Below the pieces are notes generated by a model. It was not told where the DNA came from and made no database searches. It saw only the letters and a program-made list of their open reading frames with translations. Shown one piece after another: positions 1 through 8,792 of a stretch of 64,000 nucleotides of DNA. The stretch is from Gaiellaceae bacterium. Lineage in GTDB: Bacteria; Actinomycetota; Thermoleophilia; Gaiellales; Gaiellaceae. Location: contig DASXKU010000073.1 of the NCBI GenBank assembly GCA_036496645.1, positions 539 to 64,538 of the forward strand, given 5' to 3'. The stretch's first letter is position 1; every line of letters starts with the position of its first letter. Both the position numbers and the translations under genes were made by a program.

Positions 1-616
1 TGGCCCGGCCCTCGGGATGGCGATGGACGTCGTCGACGCGGAGGGCCGCTCGCTTGTCGGGAGCGGCGAGGTCGGCGAGCTCGTGTGCCGCAAACCGTTC
101 CCGGGCATGACGCGCGGCTTCTGGCGCGATCGGCAGAAATATCTCGACACGTACTGGTCGCGCATCCCCGGCGTCTGGGTGCACGGCGACTGGGCGTCCG
201 TCGACGCGGACGGCTTCTGGTTCCTGCACGGCCGCTCCGACGACACGCTCAACATTGCGGGCAAACGCGTCGGCCCAGCGGAGCTCGAGTCGGCCGCGGT
301 CGACCACCCCGCGGTGCGCGAAGCCGCGGCGATCGGCGTGCCGCATCCGGTGAAAGGCGAGACGGCGTGGATCTTCTGCTGCCTCGTTCCCGGCGCCGAG
401 GTGACGGCGGACGAGATTGCCGCTCACGTTGCGGCTGACCTTGGTAAGGCGTTCAAGCCGGGTCGCGTGCTGTTCGTCGACGCGCTCCCGAAGACTCGTT
501 CGGCAAAGATCGTGCGACGCGCAGTGCGCGCGACGGCGCTGGGCGAGGATCCCGGCGACCTTTCATCTCTCGAAAACCCGGAGGCGCTCGATGACATCGC
601 AGCAGCAGTCAGGTAA
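1..616 (+). CDS. AMP-dependent acyl-CoA synthetase/ligase, C-terminal fragment (5' end outside window)
   Basis: Frame is open to the window edge. Carries ANL-superfamily C-terminal motifs [18 protein letters not shown] and [12 protein letters not shown]. Same pattern as the full Acs at 12089-14056. Confidence 0.85.
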   Translation, partial: GPALGMAMDVVDAEGRSLVGSGEVGELVCRKPFPGMTRGFWRDRQKYLDTYWSRIPGVWVHGDWASVDADGFWFLHGRSDDTLNIAGKRVGPAELESAAVDHPAVREAAAIGVPHPVKGETAWIFCCLVPGAEVTADEIAAHVAADLGKAFKPGRVLFVDALPKTRSAKIVRRAVRATALGEDPGDLSSLENPEALDDIAAAVR

Positions 617-1292
617 GGCAGTCGTCACCGGCGGCGGCCGCGGGATCGGCGCGAACATCGCGCGCGCGCTCGCGGGCGACGGCTGGGAGGTCGTCGTCAC
701 CGCACGCACTCGCGGCGAGATCGATGCCGTCGCGGCGGAGGTCGGCGGTGAGTCGATCGAGCTCGACGTCGTCGATGCGGATGCGATCGGGCGTGCCTTC
801 GACGAGATCGGAGCGTTCGAGCTGCTCGTCGCGAACGCCGGCGTCGCGGGCGACGACTTCGCACACGTGTTCGCCGTCAACGTGTGGGGCATGCACAACT
901 GCTGCCAGGCGGCGCTCGCGCGCGGCGTAAAGCGCATCGTGATCACCGGCAGTGGCTCCGCATATCTGCCGGGCTCGAGCGATCTCGCCTACGGCCCGTC
1001 GAAGGCGGCGGTGTGCCGCTACGCCGAGAATCTCAACAACGCTGTCGATATTCCGGTGTTCGTCTTCTCGCCGGGGCTCGTGCAGACGGAGATGACGTCA
1101 TCGTTCTCCCGCGACTTGCCGTGGACGCCGCCGGAGCTTGCGCCCGAGCTCGTGCGCAAGCTCGCAACCGGCAAGTACGACGTGCTCGCGGGCCGCTACA
1201 TCCACGCCGAGCATGACGACGTCGACGACCTGCTTGCACGCATTGACGACATCGTCGCGAACGACTTGAACTCGATTCGGCTCCGCCGTTGA
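591..1292 (+). CDS. short-chain dehydrogenase/reductase (SDR) family oxidoreductase
   Basis: ATG at 591 lies inside track ORF 417-1292. Has Rossmann motif TGGGRGIG right after the start, and the catalytic YxxxK (YGPSKAAV). Confidence 0.85.
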   Translation: MTSQQQSGKAVVTGGGRGIGANIARALAGDGWEVVVTARTRGEIDAVAAEVGGESIELDVVDADAIGRAFDEIGAFELLVANAGVAGDDFAHVFAVNVWGMHNCCQAALARGVKRIVITGSGSAYLPGSSDLAYGPSKAAVCRYAENLNNAVDIPVFVFSPGLVQTEMTSSFSRDLPWTPPELAPELVRKLATGKYDVLAGRYIHAEHDDVDDLLARIDDIVANDLNSIRLRR

Positions 1293-1861
1293 AGACTCTT
1301 GTCGCCTTCGGCGATTCGAATACGTGGGGTTACGTCGCCGGCACGGATCGCGAGCGCTATCCACGGGAGCAGCGCTGGCCGGTGCAGCTTGCAGCGCTGC
1401 TCGGCGACGAGTGGGATGTGATTGCAGAGGGACTGAACGGAAGGACGGCGACCGTGGAGCGGCCGGATCGCGAAGGCGGCAGTGCGTTGCCGTATCTCGT
1501 GCCGTGCCTGCGCTCGCATGCGCCGGTCGACGTCGTCGTCATCTACCTCGGCACGAACGACGTGAACTTCATGACCGAGTACATGGTCGCGCGCTCCGTC
1601 GAGCGGCTGCACAAGGTTGCGCGCAACTCGGAGGCGGGCGCGGGCTACGGCGCGCCGAACGTGCTCGTCGTGTGTCCGCCGCCGTTCGCGGGGTTTGCAC
1701 TCGGCCCGCATTTCGCCGCCGAAATGACGTGCCCGGTAGTCGACCTCGACGGCGTCACGTCGTATCCGATTGTCGGCGACGATGTCGAGCATCTCGACGC
1801 AGACGGACACGCAGCGGTCGCGCGTGCGGTTGCGGAACGCGTGCGCGCGCTCGGCTGGTGA
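1289..1861 (+). CDS. SGNH/GDSL family hydrolase
   Basis: N-terminal FGDSNTWG block with the catalytic Ser, LGTNDV block, and a C-terminal D..H (DADGH). The TTG start overlaps the SDR stop (TTGA). Confidence 0.85.
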   Translation: MKTLVAFGDSNTWGYVAGTDRERYPREQRWPVQLAALLGDEWDVIAEGLNGRTATVERPDREGGSALPYLVPCLRSHAPVDVVVIYLGTNDVNFMTEYMVARSVERLHKVARNSEAGAGYGAPNVLVVCPPPFAGFALGPHFAAEMTCPVVDLDGVTSYPIVGDDVEHLDADGHAAVARAVAERVRALGW

Positions 1862-2529
1862 GCGGACGCGTCTTTCGTTCGTCGCGGCGCATTCGTCTCT
1901 CGGAGACCGATGCGACGGGACGCCTGCGTCTCGACGCGATCGCCTGTTACTTGCAGGACGTCGCGTCCGACGACTGGAACGACGCCGGCTTTGAGTCGAG
2001 CGACAGCGTGTGGGTCGTGCGCAAGACATGGATCGACGTGCACGCACCGATCGCCGGCAGCACCGTAGATTTGGAAACGTGGTGCAGCGGCATCGCCGCC
2101 GCGGCTGCGTCGCGCCGCTATTCGTTGCGCAGCGACGACGGCGGGCGCGTCGAAGCGGAAAGCGTGTGGGTACATCTCGACCGCGAGTTGCAGCCGGTGC
2201 GGCTGCCGGCGAGCTTTCGCGAGACGTTCGGGCCGTCCGCCGACGGGCACGGCGTCGTTACGCGCTTCAACCTGCCTGCTCCGCCGCAGGTCGAGGGCGA
2301 GCGCTGGGCGCTACGCCCGACAGATGAGGACCGCCTGGGACACGTCAACAACGCCGTCTACTGGGTGGCGGTCGAGGGAGCCTGGGGCGCGGCTGTGAAG
2401 CGAGCCGAGCTCGAGTACCGCAAGCCGGTTGACGTGAGCGAGGAGGCGACCGTCGTGCGTCGCGACGGCGCCCTCTGGATCCTCGCAGGCGGCGAAGTGC
2501 GCGCAGCTGCAGCGATACTGCTCGCATGA
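1858..2529 (+). CDS. acyl-ACP thioesterase-like hotdog-fold protein
   Basis: GTG 1858 overlaps the upstream stop (GTGA). Only the C-terminal 223 aa of track ORF 1324-2529 look protein-like (RLDAIACYLQDVA..., DRLGHVNNAVYW). The upstream part is Arg-rich artefact. Confidence 0.7.
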   Translation: MSGRVFRSSRRIRLSETDATGRLRLDAIACYLQDVASDDWNDAGFESSDSVWVVRKTWIDVHAPIAGSTVDLETWCSGIAAAAASRRYSLRSDDGGRVEAESVWVHLDRELQPVRLPASFRETFGPSADGHGVVTRFNLPAPPQVEGERWALRPTDEDRLGHVNNAVYWVAVEGAWGAAVKRAELEYRKPVDVSEEATVVRRDGALWILAGGEVRAAAAILLA

Positions 2530-2765
2530 AGCGACCGGAGCAGATTCGCGCGGCGCTGATCGCGCTCCTCATCGTCGCGGCGGTGCTGAGCGTGGTCGGA
2601 AACAAGATGAACCAGCCGTGGATCGGCTGGATCTCGTTCGTCGCCTTCCTCTGTGCGGTCGCGCTGTACTTCGACTGGCGCCGGCGCCTGCGGGCGGGCC
2701 GCCGTGGTAAGGTTTTCGCCCAGGAGGCGAAAACCCGTAAAGCTCGCACTCGCTCAGACAAATAG
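2526..2765 (+). CDS. small membrane protein (2 predicted TM helices)
   Basis: ATG overlaps the thioesterase stop (ATGA). Two hydrophobic helices (ALIALLIVAAVLSVVG, IGWISFVAFLCAVALYF) are followed by a basic tail. Overlaps the nadE 5' end, so it is uncertain. Confidence 0.45.
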   Translation: MKRPEQIRAALIALLIVAAVLSVVGNKMNQPWIGWISFVAFLCAVALYFDWRRRLRAGRRGKVFAQEAKTRKARTRSDK

Positions 2766-4329
2766 CGTCGTCGGCGACCTCGACGGCAATGCCGCACGGG
2801 TCGCAGGACTGACCGCTGCCGCCCGAGACGCGGGCGCCGACCTCGTCCTCTTCCCCGAGCTCGTCGTCACCGGCTACCCGCCGGAAGACTTGCTCCTGCG
2901 GCCCGGCTTCCTGCGCGCGGCGCAGCGCACGGTCGAGGAGCTCGCACGCGGCACGCACGGCATCACCGCGCTCGTCGGCGCTCCATATTTTGATGGGAAG
3001 CTGTACAACGCGTGCTTCGTGTTGCGCGACGGCGTCGTCGCGGCGGTGTATCGGAAGCATCATCTTCCGAACTACGGCGTCTTCGATGAAGACCGCTACT
3101 TCGCGCCGGGCGACGACCAGACGCTGATCGACGTCGCAGGCACGCGCGTCGGCGTGACGGTGTGCGAGGACATCTGGATTCCCGGGCCCCCTGCATCCGA
3201 GCTAGGCGCTGCGGGCGCGCAGCTTGTCGCGAACATTTCCGCCTCGCCGTTTCACGTCGGCAAAGACCGCGAGCGCGAAGACATCGTGCGCGCGTGCGCT
3301 GCCGCGAACGGCGTTCCCGTCGCGCTCTGCAACGCGATCGGTGCACAGGATGAGCTCGTCTTCGACGGTCACTCGGTCGTTGTCGCAACCGACGGTGAAG
3401 TGCTCGCGCGCGCTGCGGGTTTCGAAGAAGAGTTGCTCGTCGTGACGCTCGGCGAACGGGGAAGCATTGCGCCCGAGCTCGGCGAGCTCGAGCAGATGCG
3501 GCTCGCATTGGAGCTCGGTCTGAAGGATTACGTCGAGAAGAACGGCTTCGGCGACGTGGTGATCGGCCTGTCCGGCGGCATCGACTCGGCTCTTGTGGCT
3601 GCACTCTGTGTTGAGGCGCTTGGGCCTGAGCGCGTGCACGGCGTGTCGATGCCGTCGCGCTATTCGTCGGAGGCCACACGGTCGGATGCGGCGCGACTTG
3701 CCGCGGCGCTCGGTGTCGACTTTCGCGAGCTGCCGATCGAACCGATGGTCGCCGCGTTCGACTCGGCGCTGGCCTCGACGTTTGCAGGGCGCGTTCCCGA
3801 CCTGACCGAGGAGAACCTGCAGGCGCGCATCCGCGGGACGATGTTGATGGCTCTGTCGAACAAGTTTGGCTGGCTCGTGATCGCAACCGGCAACAAGTCG
3901 GAGCTGTCGGTCGGCTACTCGACGTTGTACGGCGACCTCGCCGGCGGCTTCGCGCTGATCAAGGACGTCTTCAAGACCGACGTGTTCCGGCTGTGCCGCC
4001 ACCTGAACGAGCAGGCGGGCCGCGAGCTGATCCCGCAGTCGATCATCGAGCGCGCGCCGTCGGCGGAGCTGCGCGCCGATCAGCTCGACGAGGATTCGTT
4101 GCCGCCGTACCCGCAGCTCGACCAGGTGCTCGAGGCGTACGTCGAGCAGGACCTCTCGCGCGAGGAGCTCTCGCAGAACGGCTTCGACCCGGACATCGTC
4201 GCGCGTGCGCTTTCGACGATCGACCGCGCGGAGTACAAGCGCCGCCAGGCGCCGCCCGGTGTGAAGCTGCGCACAAAGGCGTTCGGCCGCGACCGCCGCA
4301 CGCCGATCACGAACCGCTGGCCCGGCTAA
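2704..4329 (+). CDS. nadE: glutamine-dependent NAD+ synthetase
   Basis: N-terminal CN-hydrolase domain (KLALAQTNSVVGDLDGN, VTVCEDIW) plus a C-terminal NAD synthetase with the PP-loop SGGIDS. Start is uncertain: GTG 2704 is the nearest canonical in-frame codon (see findings). Confidence 0.9.
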   Translation: MVRFSPRRRKPVKLALAQTNSVVGDLDGNAARVAGLTAAARDAGADLVLFPELVVTGYPPEDLLLRPGFLRAAQRTVEELARGTHGITALVGAPYFDGKLYNACFVLRDGVVAAVYRKHHLPNYGVFDEDRYFAPGDDQTLIDVAGTRVGVTVCEDIWIPGPPASELGAAGAQLVANISASPFHVGKDREREDIVRACAAANGVPVALCNAIGAQDELVFDGHSVVVATDGEVLARAAGFEEELLVVTLGERGSIAPELGELEQMRLALELGLKDYVEKNGFGDVVIGLSGGIDSALVAALCVEALGPERVHGVSMPSRYSSEATRSDAARLAAALGVDFRELPIEPMVAAFDSALASTFAGRVPDLTEENLQARIRGTMLMALSNKFGWLVIATGNKSELSVGYSTLYGDLAGGFALIKDVFKTDVFRLCRHLNEQAGRELIPQSIIERAPSAELRADQLDEDSLPPYPQLDQVLEAYVEQDLSREELSQNGFDPDIVARALSTIDRAEYKRRQAPPGVKLRTKAFGRDRRTPITNRWPG

Positions 4330-4360
4330 AGGAAACGCGGCCCGCCGCGCTCTCTTTCAC

Positions 4361-4816
4361 GTGGAGCCGCTCGAGCAGCTGTATCGCGACCGCTACGTCG
4401 GCTTTCGAAATGCGCTCGCTCCACTGGTCGGATCGCAGGATGCGGCAAGAGACGTCGTGCAGGAGGCATTCGCGGTAGCCCTGCGCGAGCAGCGAAAACT
4501 GCGCCGTCACTCGTCGCTCGCTGCGTGGGTATGGCGGATCGCGCTGCGGATCGCACTGCGCGAGCGAGGACGCTCGCGAGTCGACGAGCTACCCAATGAG
4601 CTGACGATTCTCGATCCGCACCGCGACCCAGTCTTAGCGGAGGCGATTCGCACGCTGCCGCCGCAACGGCGGCTCGTGATCTTCCTGCGCTACTTCGCGG
4701 ATTGCTCGTACGCCGAGATCGCGGAGATGCTCGAGATCAGCGAAGGGACGGTGGCGGCAACGCTCGCGCAAGCGCATGCAGCTCTCAAAGACAACCTGGC
4801 GGAGGTGGCAGGATGA
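4361..4816 (+). CDS. ECF-type RNA polymerase sigma factor (short, regions 2 and 4 only)
   Basis: Region 2 (DVVQEAFAVAL, AWVWRIAL) and the region 4 HTH (LPPQRRLVIFLRYFADCSYAEIAEMLEISEGTVAATL). Paralogue of 55047-55523. Confidence 0.85.
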   Translation: MEPLEQLYRDRYVGFRNALAPLVGSQDAARDVVQEAFAVALREQRKLRRHSSLAAWVWRIALRIALRERGRSRVDELPNELTILDPHRDPVLAEAIRTLPPQRRLVIFLRYFADCSYAEIAEMLEISEGTVAATLAQAHAALKDNLAEVAG

Positions 4817-5487
4817 CGGACGTCTTGGCTGAGCGCTTTGCTGCGCTCGCAGATCAACGTGACGACTCGAGCTGGCTCGATGTACGGCGGCGCGCGCGAG
4901 TTCGCCGCGGCCGGGCTACAGCGGCAGTGGTTGCCGTTGCGGCCGTCGTCTGCGTCGCGGGGGCATACGCCGCTGCGAGCACATGGCTGTTCCACCACGG
5001 TCCTGACTCGATCGATGCGACCACGCACGTGCAGTTCCACGGAGTGGACTGGAAGATCTATCTCAGCGTGACGCCGGATCGTGCGTTTTGCGCCGCGCTG
5101 ACAAGGCCAGGCCAGAAGGTGAAGCCAGGCGGTTGCAATCTCTGGGTGCAACCAATCCCGCTGTTTGTGCAAGGCGGGAAGAGCTTCAAGCTCGTTTTGT
5201 CGACTCCCCCCTTCGACGGCTTGCGGTACGTCGACGGCCGTGGCGAGCTCTGGTACGGCGTCGCGCAAGCGAACATCACGCACATCGCGATCACGGATAC
5301 GAGCGGACGCGTCCGGAGCACCGCGACTGCGGCGCCACCGCACGCCGGGACGTCGGCCCGCCGCTTCTGGGCGCTTCCGCTGCCGTCATCGCACGCGATG
5401 TTCATCTCGGGCTACGACGCGAAGGGCCAGCTCGTCAAGCGCACGAATGCGGACGGCAACAGCGTGAAGTTCTACACGCGGCCTTAG
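4813..5487 (+). CDS. sigma-coupled single-pass membrane protein (putative minimal anti-sigma factor)
   Basis: ATG 4813 overlaps the sigma stop (ATGA). Has a short cytoplasmic N-terminus, one TM helix (AAVVAVAAVVCVAGAYAAA) and a roughly 170-aa outside domain. The anti-sigma role is inferred from position only. Confidence 0.65.
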   Translation: MTDVLAERFAALADQRDDSSWLDVRRRARVRRGRATAAVVAVAAVVCVAGAYAAASTWLFHHGPDSIDATTHVQFHGVDWKIYLSVTPDRAFCAALTRPGQKVKPGGCNLWVQPIPLFVQGGKSFKLVLSTPPFDGLRYVDGRGELWYGVAQANITHIAITDTSGRVRSTATAAPPHAGTSARRFWALPLPSSHAMFISGYDAKGQLVKRTNADGNSVKFYTRP

Positions 5488-5936
5488 GACACGAGGCGCT
5501 GCAGCACAACGCCGAGGATCGGCAGCGCGACGGTCAAGCCGTAGCTCGTCCAACCGACGGCCACGAGCAGCGGCCGTGTCTTCTCCTCGCGACCCTCGCG
5601 AATCTCACCCTGCAGCCGCGGGCCGAGCACGAAGTTGTGCAAGTACGAGACAACGAGCAGCGCCAAGAACAGCACGACCTTCGTCCAGAGCACAACCTGG
5701 AACGACGTGCGGTGCTCCCAGTCGCGTGACGCCAGCGCGACGCCGGTCACGCCTGCGACGAGGAGCGCGCCGTAGCCGAGCGGGCGCCAGCGCAGGCCGA
5801 GCGCCTTCATCGCGCGACCGCGCGGCTCGCCCTCGAGCGTGCGAATCGCAGGCACGCCGACGAACACGAGTGCCGTCGAGCCGCCGAACCAGACGCCGGC
5901 GGCGAGCAGATGGATGGCGACGAGAACCGCAGTCAT
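5484..5936 (-). CDS. integral membrane protein, 4 TM (CopD-like)
   Basis: Four hydrophobic helices with a clean translation. The ATG overlaps the stop of the upstream Mug-NUDIX gene (ATGA). The family call is weak. Confidence 0.6.
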   Translation of the reverse strand: MTAVLVAIHLLAAGVWFGGSTALVFVGVPAIRTLEGEPRGRAMKALGLRWRPLGYGALLVAGVTGVALASRDWEHRTSFQVVLWTKVVLFLALLVVSYLHNFVLGPRLQGEIREGREEKTRPLLVAVGWTSYGLTVALPILGVVLQRLVS

Positions 5937-6991
5937 GCGACAAGCGTACGTATCCGGTCACCGAGGTCCGGCGGTGCGAACAGCTCGCCGGAGCGGTCGA
6001 TCTCGGCCAGCGTCCACCAGCGCACGTCGGCGATCCCTTCCGGCACGAGGTCGATCGTCGCGATCGGATCGTGCTGCTCGACGCGAACCAGGTACGTGTG
6101 GTTGTGCTGCTTGTAGAGGCGGCCGCTCCAGGCGAACTCGCCGACATGTTCGTAGAGCAGCGGCCCGAGCCTGAACTCGTGCAAGCCGACCTCCTCGCGC
6201 AACTCACGGCGCAACGCGAGCTCGTGCGACTCGCCGTCCTCGATGCCGCCACCCGGTGTCCCCCACCAGGTCTCGTCTCCCACCGGCCGCACAAAGCGCG
6301 TGAGCAAGACCCTTCCTTCGCCGTCGATGACGACCGCGCGAACGGCCTGCCGCTGGATCGGCTCGAGCCATGCATGCAGTTGGCGGAACCAGCCGAGTCG
6401 CTCGTCGTACGGAACGGCGGCATTCGCGGGCGACGTTGACGGCAGCACGAACAGTCCCGCGCGGCCGACAACGCGTACCTGTGGACCGAGCTCGGGTCGC
6501 TCGTTGAAGAGGCCGCGATACGCCTCCTTGCCGACGAACGCGACCGCTCTTGGCGCAACAGCGCGGATGCGCTCCTCGAACTGTGCGAGGTCGAAGTCGC
6601 CGCGCCGGAGATCGCCCGACCCGGGCGTCGTGCGCGCGGCGGCGTTCGTCACGCCGATGCCGAGTTCGAGCAAGGCGAACTGTTCTTGCGGATCGAACAG
6701 CCGCGGCGTGAAGCCGGCATCGTGCAGCAGGCGCCAGAAGTCGTTTCGTGGATTCGCGAAATGCGCGGCTTCTTCCGCGGACACACGCCCGGGGTTGATC
6801 CCGCAGAACACGCAAGCGAGGTCCGGCGCCAGGACGTCGGGAACAGCACTGCTGAACGGCGTGCTAATGAACTCGGCGGCCACGCGGTGCACAGCGTGGC
6901 ATGCGCTGCGTCCACGTCGCGGTGCACACCCACGAGCTCGGCAGCGGGGGCGCCGGCCGTCCCGTTGAGCGAATCGCCGGGCGGCGGCCAA
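5933..6991 (-). CDS. fusion protein: G/U mismatch-specific DNA glycosylase (Mug/TDG family) + NUDIX hydrolase
   Basis: The N-terminal half has FCGINPG and VLPSTSPAN, as in Mug. The C-terminal half has a complete NUDIX box, GGGIEDGESHELALRRELREEVGL. It is a single uninterrupted frame. Start is uncertain: TTG 6991, GTG 6892 or GTG 6883. Confidence 0.8.
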   Translation of the reverse strand: MAAARRFAQRDGRRPRCRARGCAPRRGRSACHAVHRVAAEFISTPFSSAVPDVLAPDLACVFCGINPGRVSAEEAAHFANPRNDFWRLLHDAGFTPRLFDPQEQFALLELGIGVTNAAARTTPGSGDLRRGDFDLAQFEERIRAVAPRAVAFVGKEAYRGLFNERPELGPQVRVVGRAGLFVLPSTSPANAAVPYDERLGWFRQLHAWLEPIQRQAVRAVVIDGEGRVLLTRFVRPVGDETWWGTPGGGIEDGESHELALRRELREEVGLHEFRLGPLLYEHVGEFAWSGRLYKQHNHTYLVRVEQHDPIATIDLVPEGIADVRWWTLAEIDRSGELFAPPDLGDRIRTLVA

Positions 6992-7015
6992 CAGACCAAG
7001 CGCGGCACACGCGAA

Positions 7016-7198
7016 TCACGCGGCTTCGGCCTCCGGGCCGTGCTTGTCGAGTCGGCGCTCGAACAGAACGCGCAGCTGCTCGCCCTTCGCGGAGCGCCGC
7101 TCATGCGGCGCAACACGGACAACGCTCACCGAGTCGTCACGGAGCCCGCCGTAGCAGCGGGCGTAGCACTCGGCTTCGGTCAGCGTCCTCAGCCTCAT
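7016..7198 (-). CDS. small hypothetical protein (60 aa)
   Basis: ATG start. Codon third positions are strongly G/C-biased, like neighbouring genes. Ends 22 nt before the Mug-NUDIX ORF on the same strand. No recognisable family. Confidence 0.35.
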   Translation of the reverse strand: MRLRTLTEAECYARCYGGLRDDSVSVVRVAPHERRSAKGEQLRVLFERRLDKHGPEAEAA

Positions 7199-7248
7199 CG
7201 CCCGGAACCCTAGGACCGGGGTCGGACGGACCTGTATACGGTTGCGCT

Positions 7249-7641
7249 GTGGTGACGCGCGCGAAGGTGTTCGAGTACGCAGTGGACGTGGACCGCAGCG
7301 GGCGGATGACGGTCCCCGGCGGCGCGGAGATCGCAGCGCCGGAAGGCTGGATGCCGGACCACTTGCTGCTCGCGGCGCTCGTCAACTGCTCGATCGAGAG
7401 CTTCCGCTTTCACGCGCGCCGCGCCGGGCATGAGGTGGTCGCGTCGGGTGAGGCGCAAGGCACCGTGACGAAGCGTGAGAGCGACGACCGCTACGCGTTC
7501 GTGAACATCGGCGTCCGAATCGATGTGCAGCTCTCGCCGCGCGCTGTTGACACGGATGACTTGATCTCGAAAGCAGAACGTGACTGCTTCGTCGGCGCGT
7601 CACTCACCATCAAGCCAAGTTACGAGTGGCACGTGTCATGA
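7249..7641 (+). CDS. OsmC family peroxiredoxin-like protein
   Basis: GTG 7249 lies within track ORF 6901-7641. OsmC-like pattern (PDHLLLAALVNCSIESF, ERDCFVGASL). Confidence 0.75.
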   Translation: MVTRAKVFEYAVDVDRSGRMTVPGGAEIAAPEGWMPDHLLLAALVNCSIESFRFHARRAGHEVVASGEAQGTVTKRESDDRYAFVNIGVRIDVQLSPRAVDTDDLISKAERDCFVGASLTIKPSYEWHVS

Positions 7642-8792
7642 CTGAGTTGTCTTCAAGAACGTCGGTCAAAGGAGTGCGCGCGCAGTTCTCTGCGCTGCAA
7701 CAGCCACTCGCATTCTTCGACGGCCCTGGCGGCACGCAAGTGCCCGACACGGTGATCGACGCGGTAGCGACGTACCTGCGCGAGGCAAACGCGAACACCG
7801 GCGGGCCGTTCGCCACATCGCACGCGACCGACGAGGTGCTGCACCGCGCGCACGAACTTGCGGGCGAGTTTCTCGGCGCGAGCGCGTCAGAAGTGTTCTT
7901 CGGCGCGAACATGACAACGCTGAACTTCTCGCTCACGCGCGCGGCGTCGCGCGACTGGCAGGAGGGCGACGAGATCGTCTGCACCGTGCTCGACCACGAT
8001 GCGAACGTCTCGCCGTGGCTGCAGCTGGCGCAGGATCGTGGCTTCGTCGTGAAGTTCGCCGACATCGACGAGCAGTGCCGTCTCGATCTCGACTCGGTGC
8101 GCTCGCAGCTCTCGGAGCGCACTCGCGTCGTCGCGTTCCCATGGGCTGCGAACTCGCTCGGCACCGTGACGCCCGTTGCGGAGGTGGTTGCGCTCGCGCA
8201 CGAGGCAGGAGCGCTCGCTTGGGTCGACGCCGTGCACTACGCGCCGCACGGGCCGATCGACGTGCGCGCCGTGGGCGCCGACGTGCTGCTCTGCTCGCCG
8301 TACAAGTATTACGGGCCGCATCTCGGCCTCGGCTACGGGCGCGCGGAAATCACTGATGCATGGCGCCCGTACAAGGTTCGCCCGGCGCACAGCCGCTTCG
8401 AGACGGGAACGCTCGCGCACGAATCGCTGGCGGGCTTCATCGCAGCAGTCGAATACCTCCGCGGCGTCGGCTGGGAGTTTGTGCAGGAGCACGAACGCGA
8501 GCTCGGCACCCAGTTTCTCGACGGACTGCCCGACAACTGGACACTGCACGGTGTGCCGACGATGGACGGTCGCACGCCGACGTTCGCGCTCACGCACGCG
8601 CGCATGTCAGCGGAAGAAGCGTCGACGCGCCTCGGCGAGCAGGGCTTCGCCACGTGGTGGGGCAACTACTACGCCGTCGAGATCATGCGACGCCTCGGAC
8701 TGGACGACGGCGCGCTGCGCATCGGCTTCGTCCACTACAACACCGCGGACGAAGTCGCCCGCTTGCTCGACGCATTAGCCGGGATAGGCTGA
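7638..8792 (+). CDS. aminotransferase class V / cysteine desulfurase-like PLP enzyme
   Basis: ATG 7638 overlaps the OsmC stop (ATGA). Class-V fold pattern with the PLP-lysine context LLCSPYKYYGPH. Confidence 0.85.
   Translation: MTELSSRTSVKGVRAQFSALQQPLAFFDGPGGTQVPDTVIDAVATYLREANANTGGPFATSHATDEVLHRAHELAGEFLGASASEVFFGANMTTLNFSLTRAASRDWQEGDEIVCTVLDHDANVSPWLQLAQDRGFVVKFADIDEQCRLDLDSVRSQLSERTRVVAFPWAANSLGTVTPVAEVVALAHEAGALAWVDAVHYAPHGPIDVRAVGADVLLCSPYKYYGPHLGLGYGRAEITDAWRPYKVRPAHSRFETGTLAHESLAGFIAAVEYLRGVGWEFVQEHERELGTQFLDGLPDNWTLHGVPTMDGRTPTFALTHARMSAEEASTRLGEQGFATWWGNYYAVEIMRRLGLDDGALRIGFVHYNTADEVARLLDALAGIG

Noticed and set aside
1196-2047. 283-aa minus-strand ORF overlapping the GDSL hydrolase and thioesterase genes
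   Set aside because: The translation is dominated by Arg/Ser/Ala, and the opposite strand carries two motif-supported genes.
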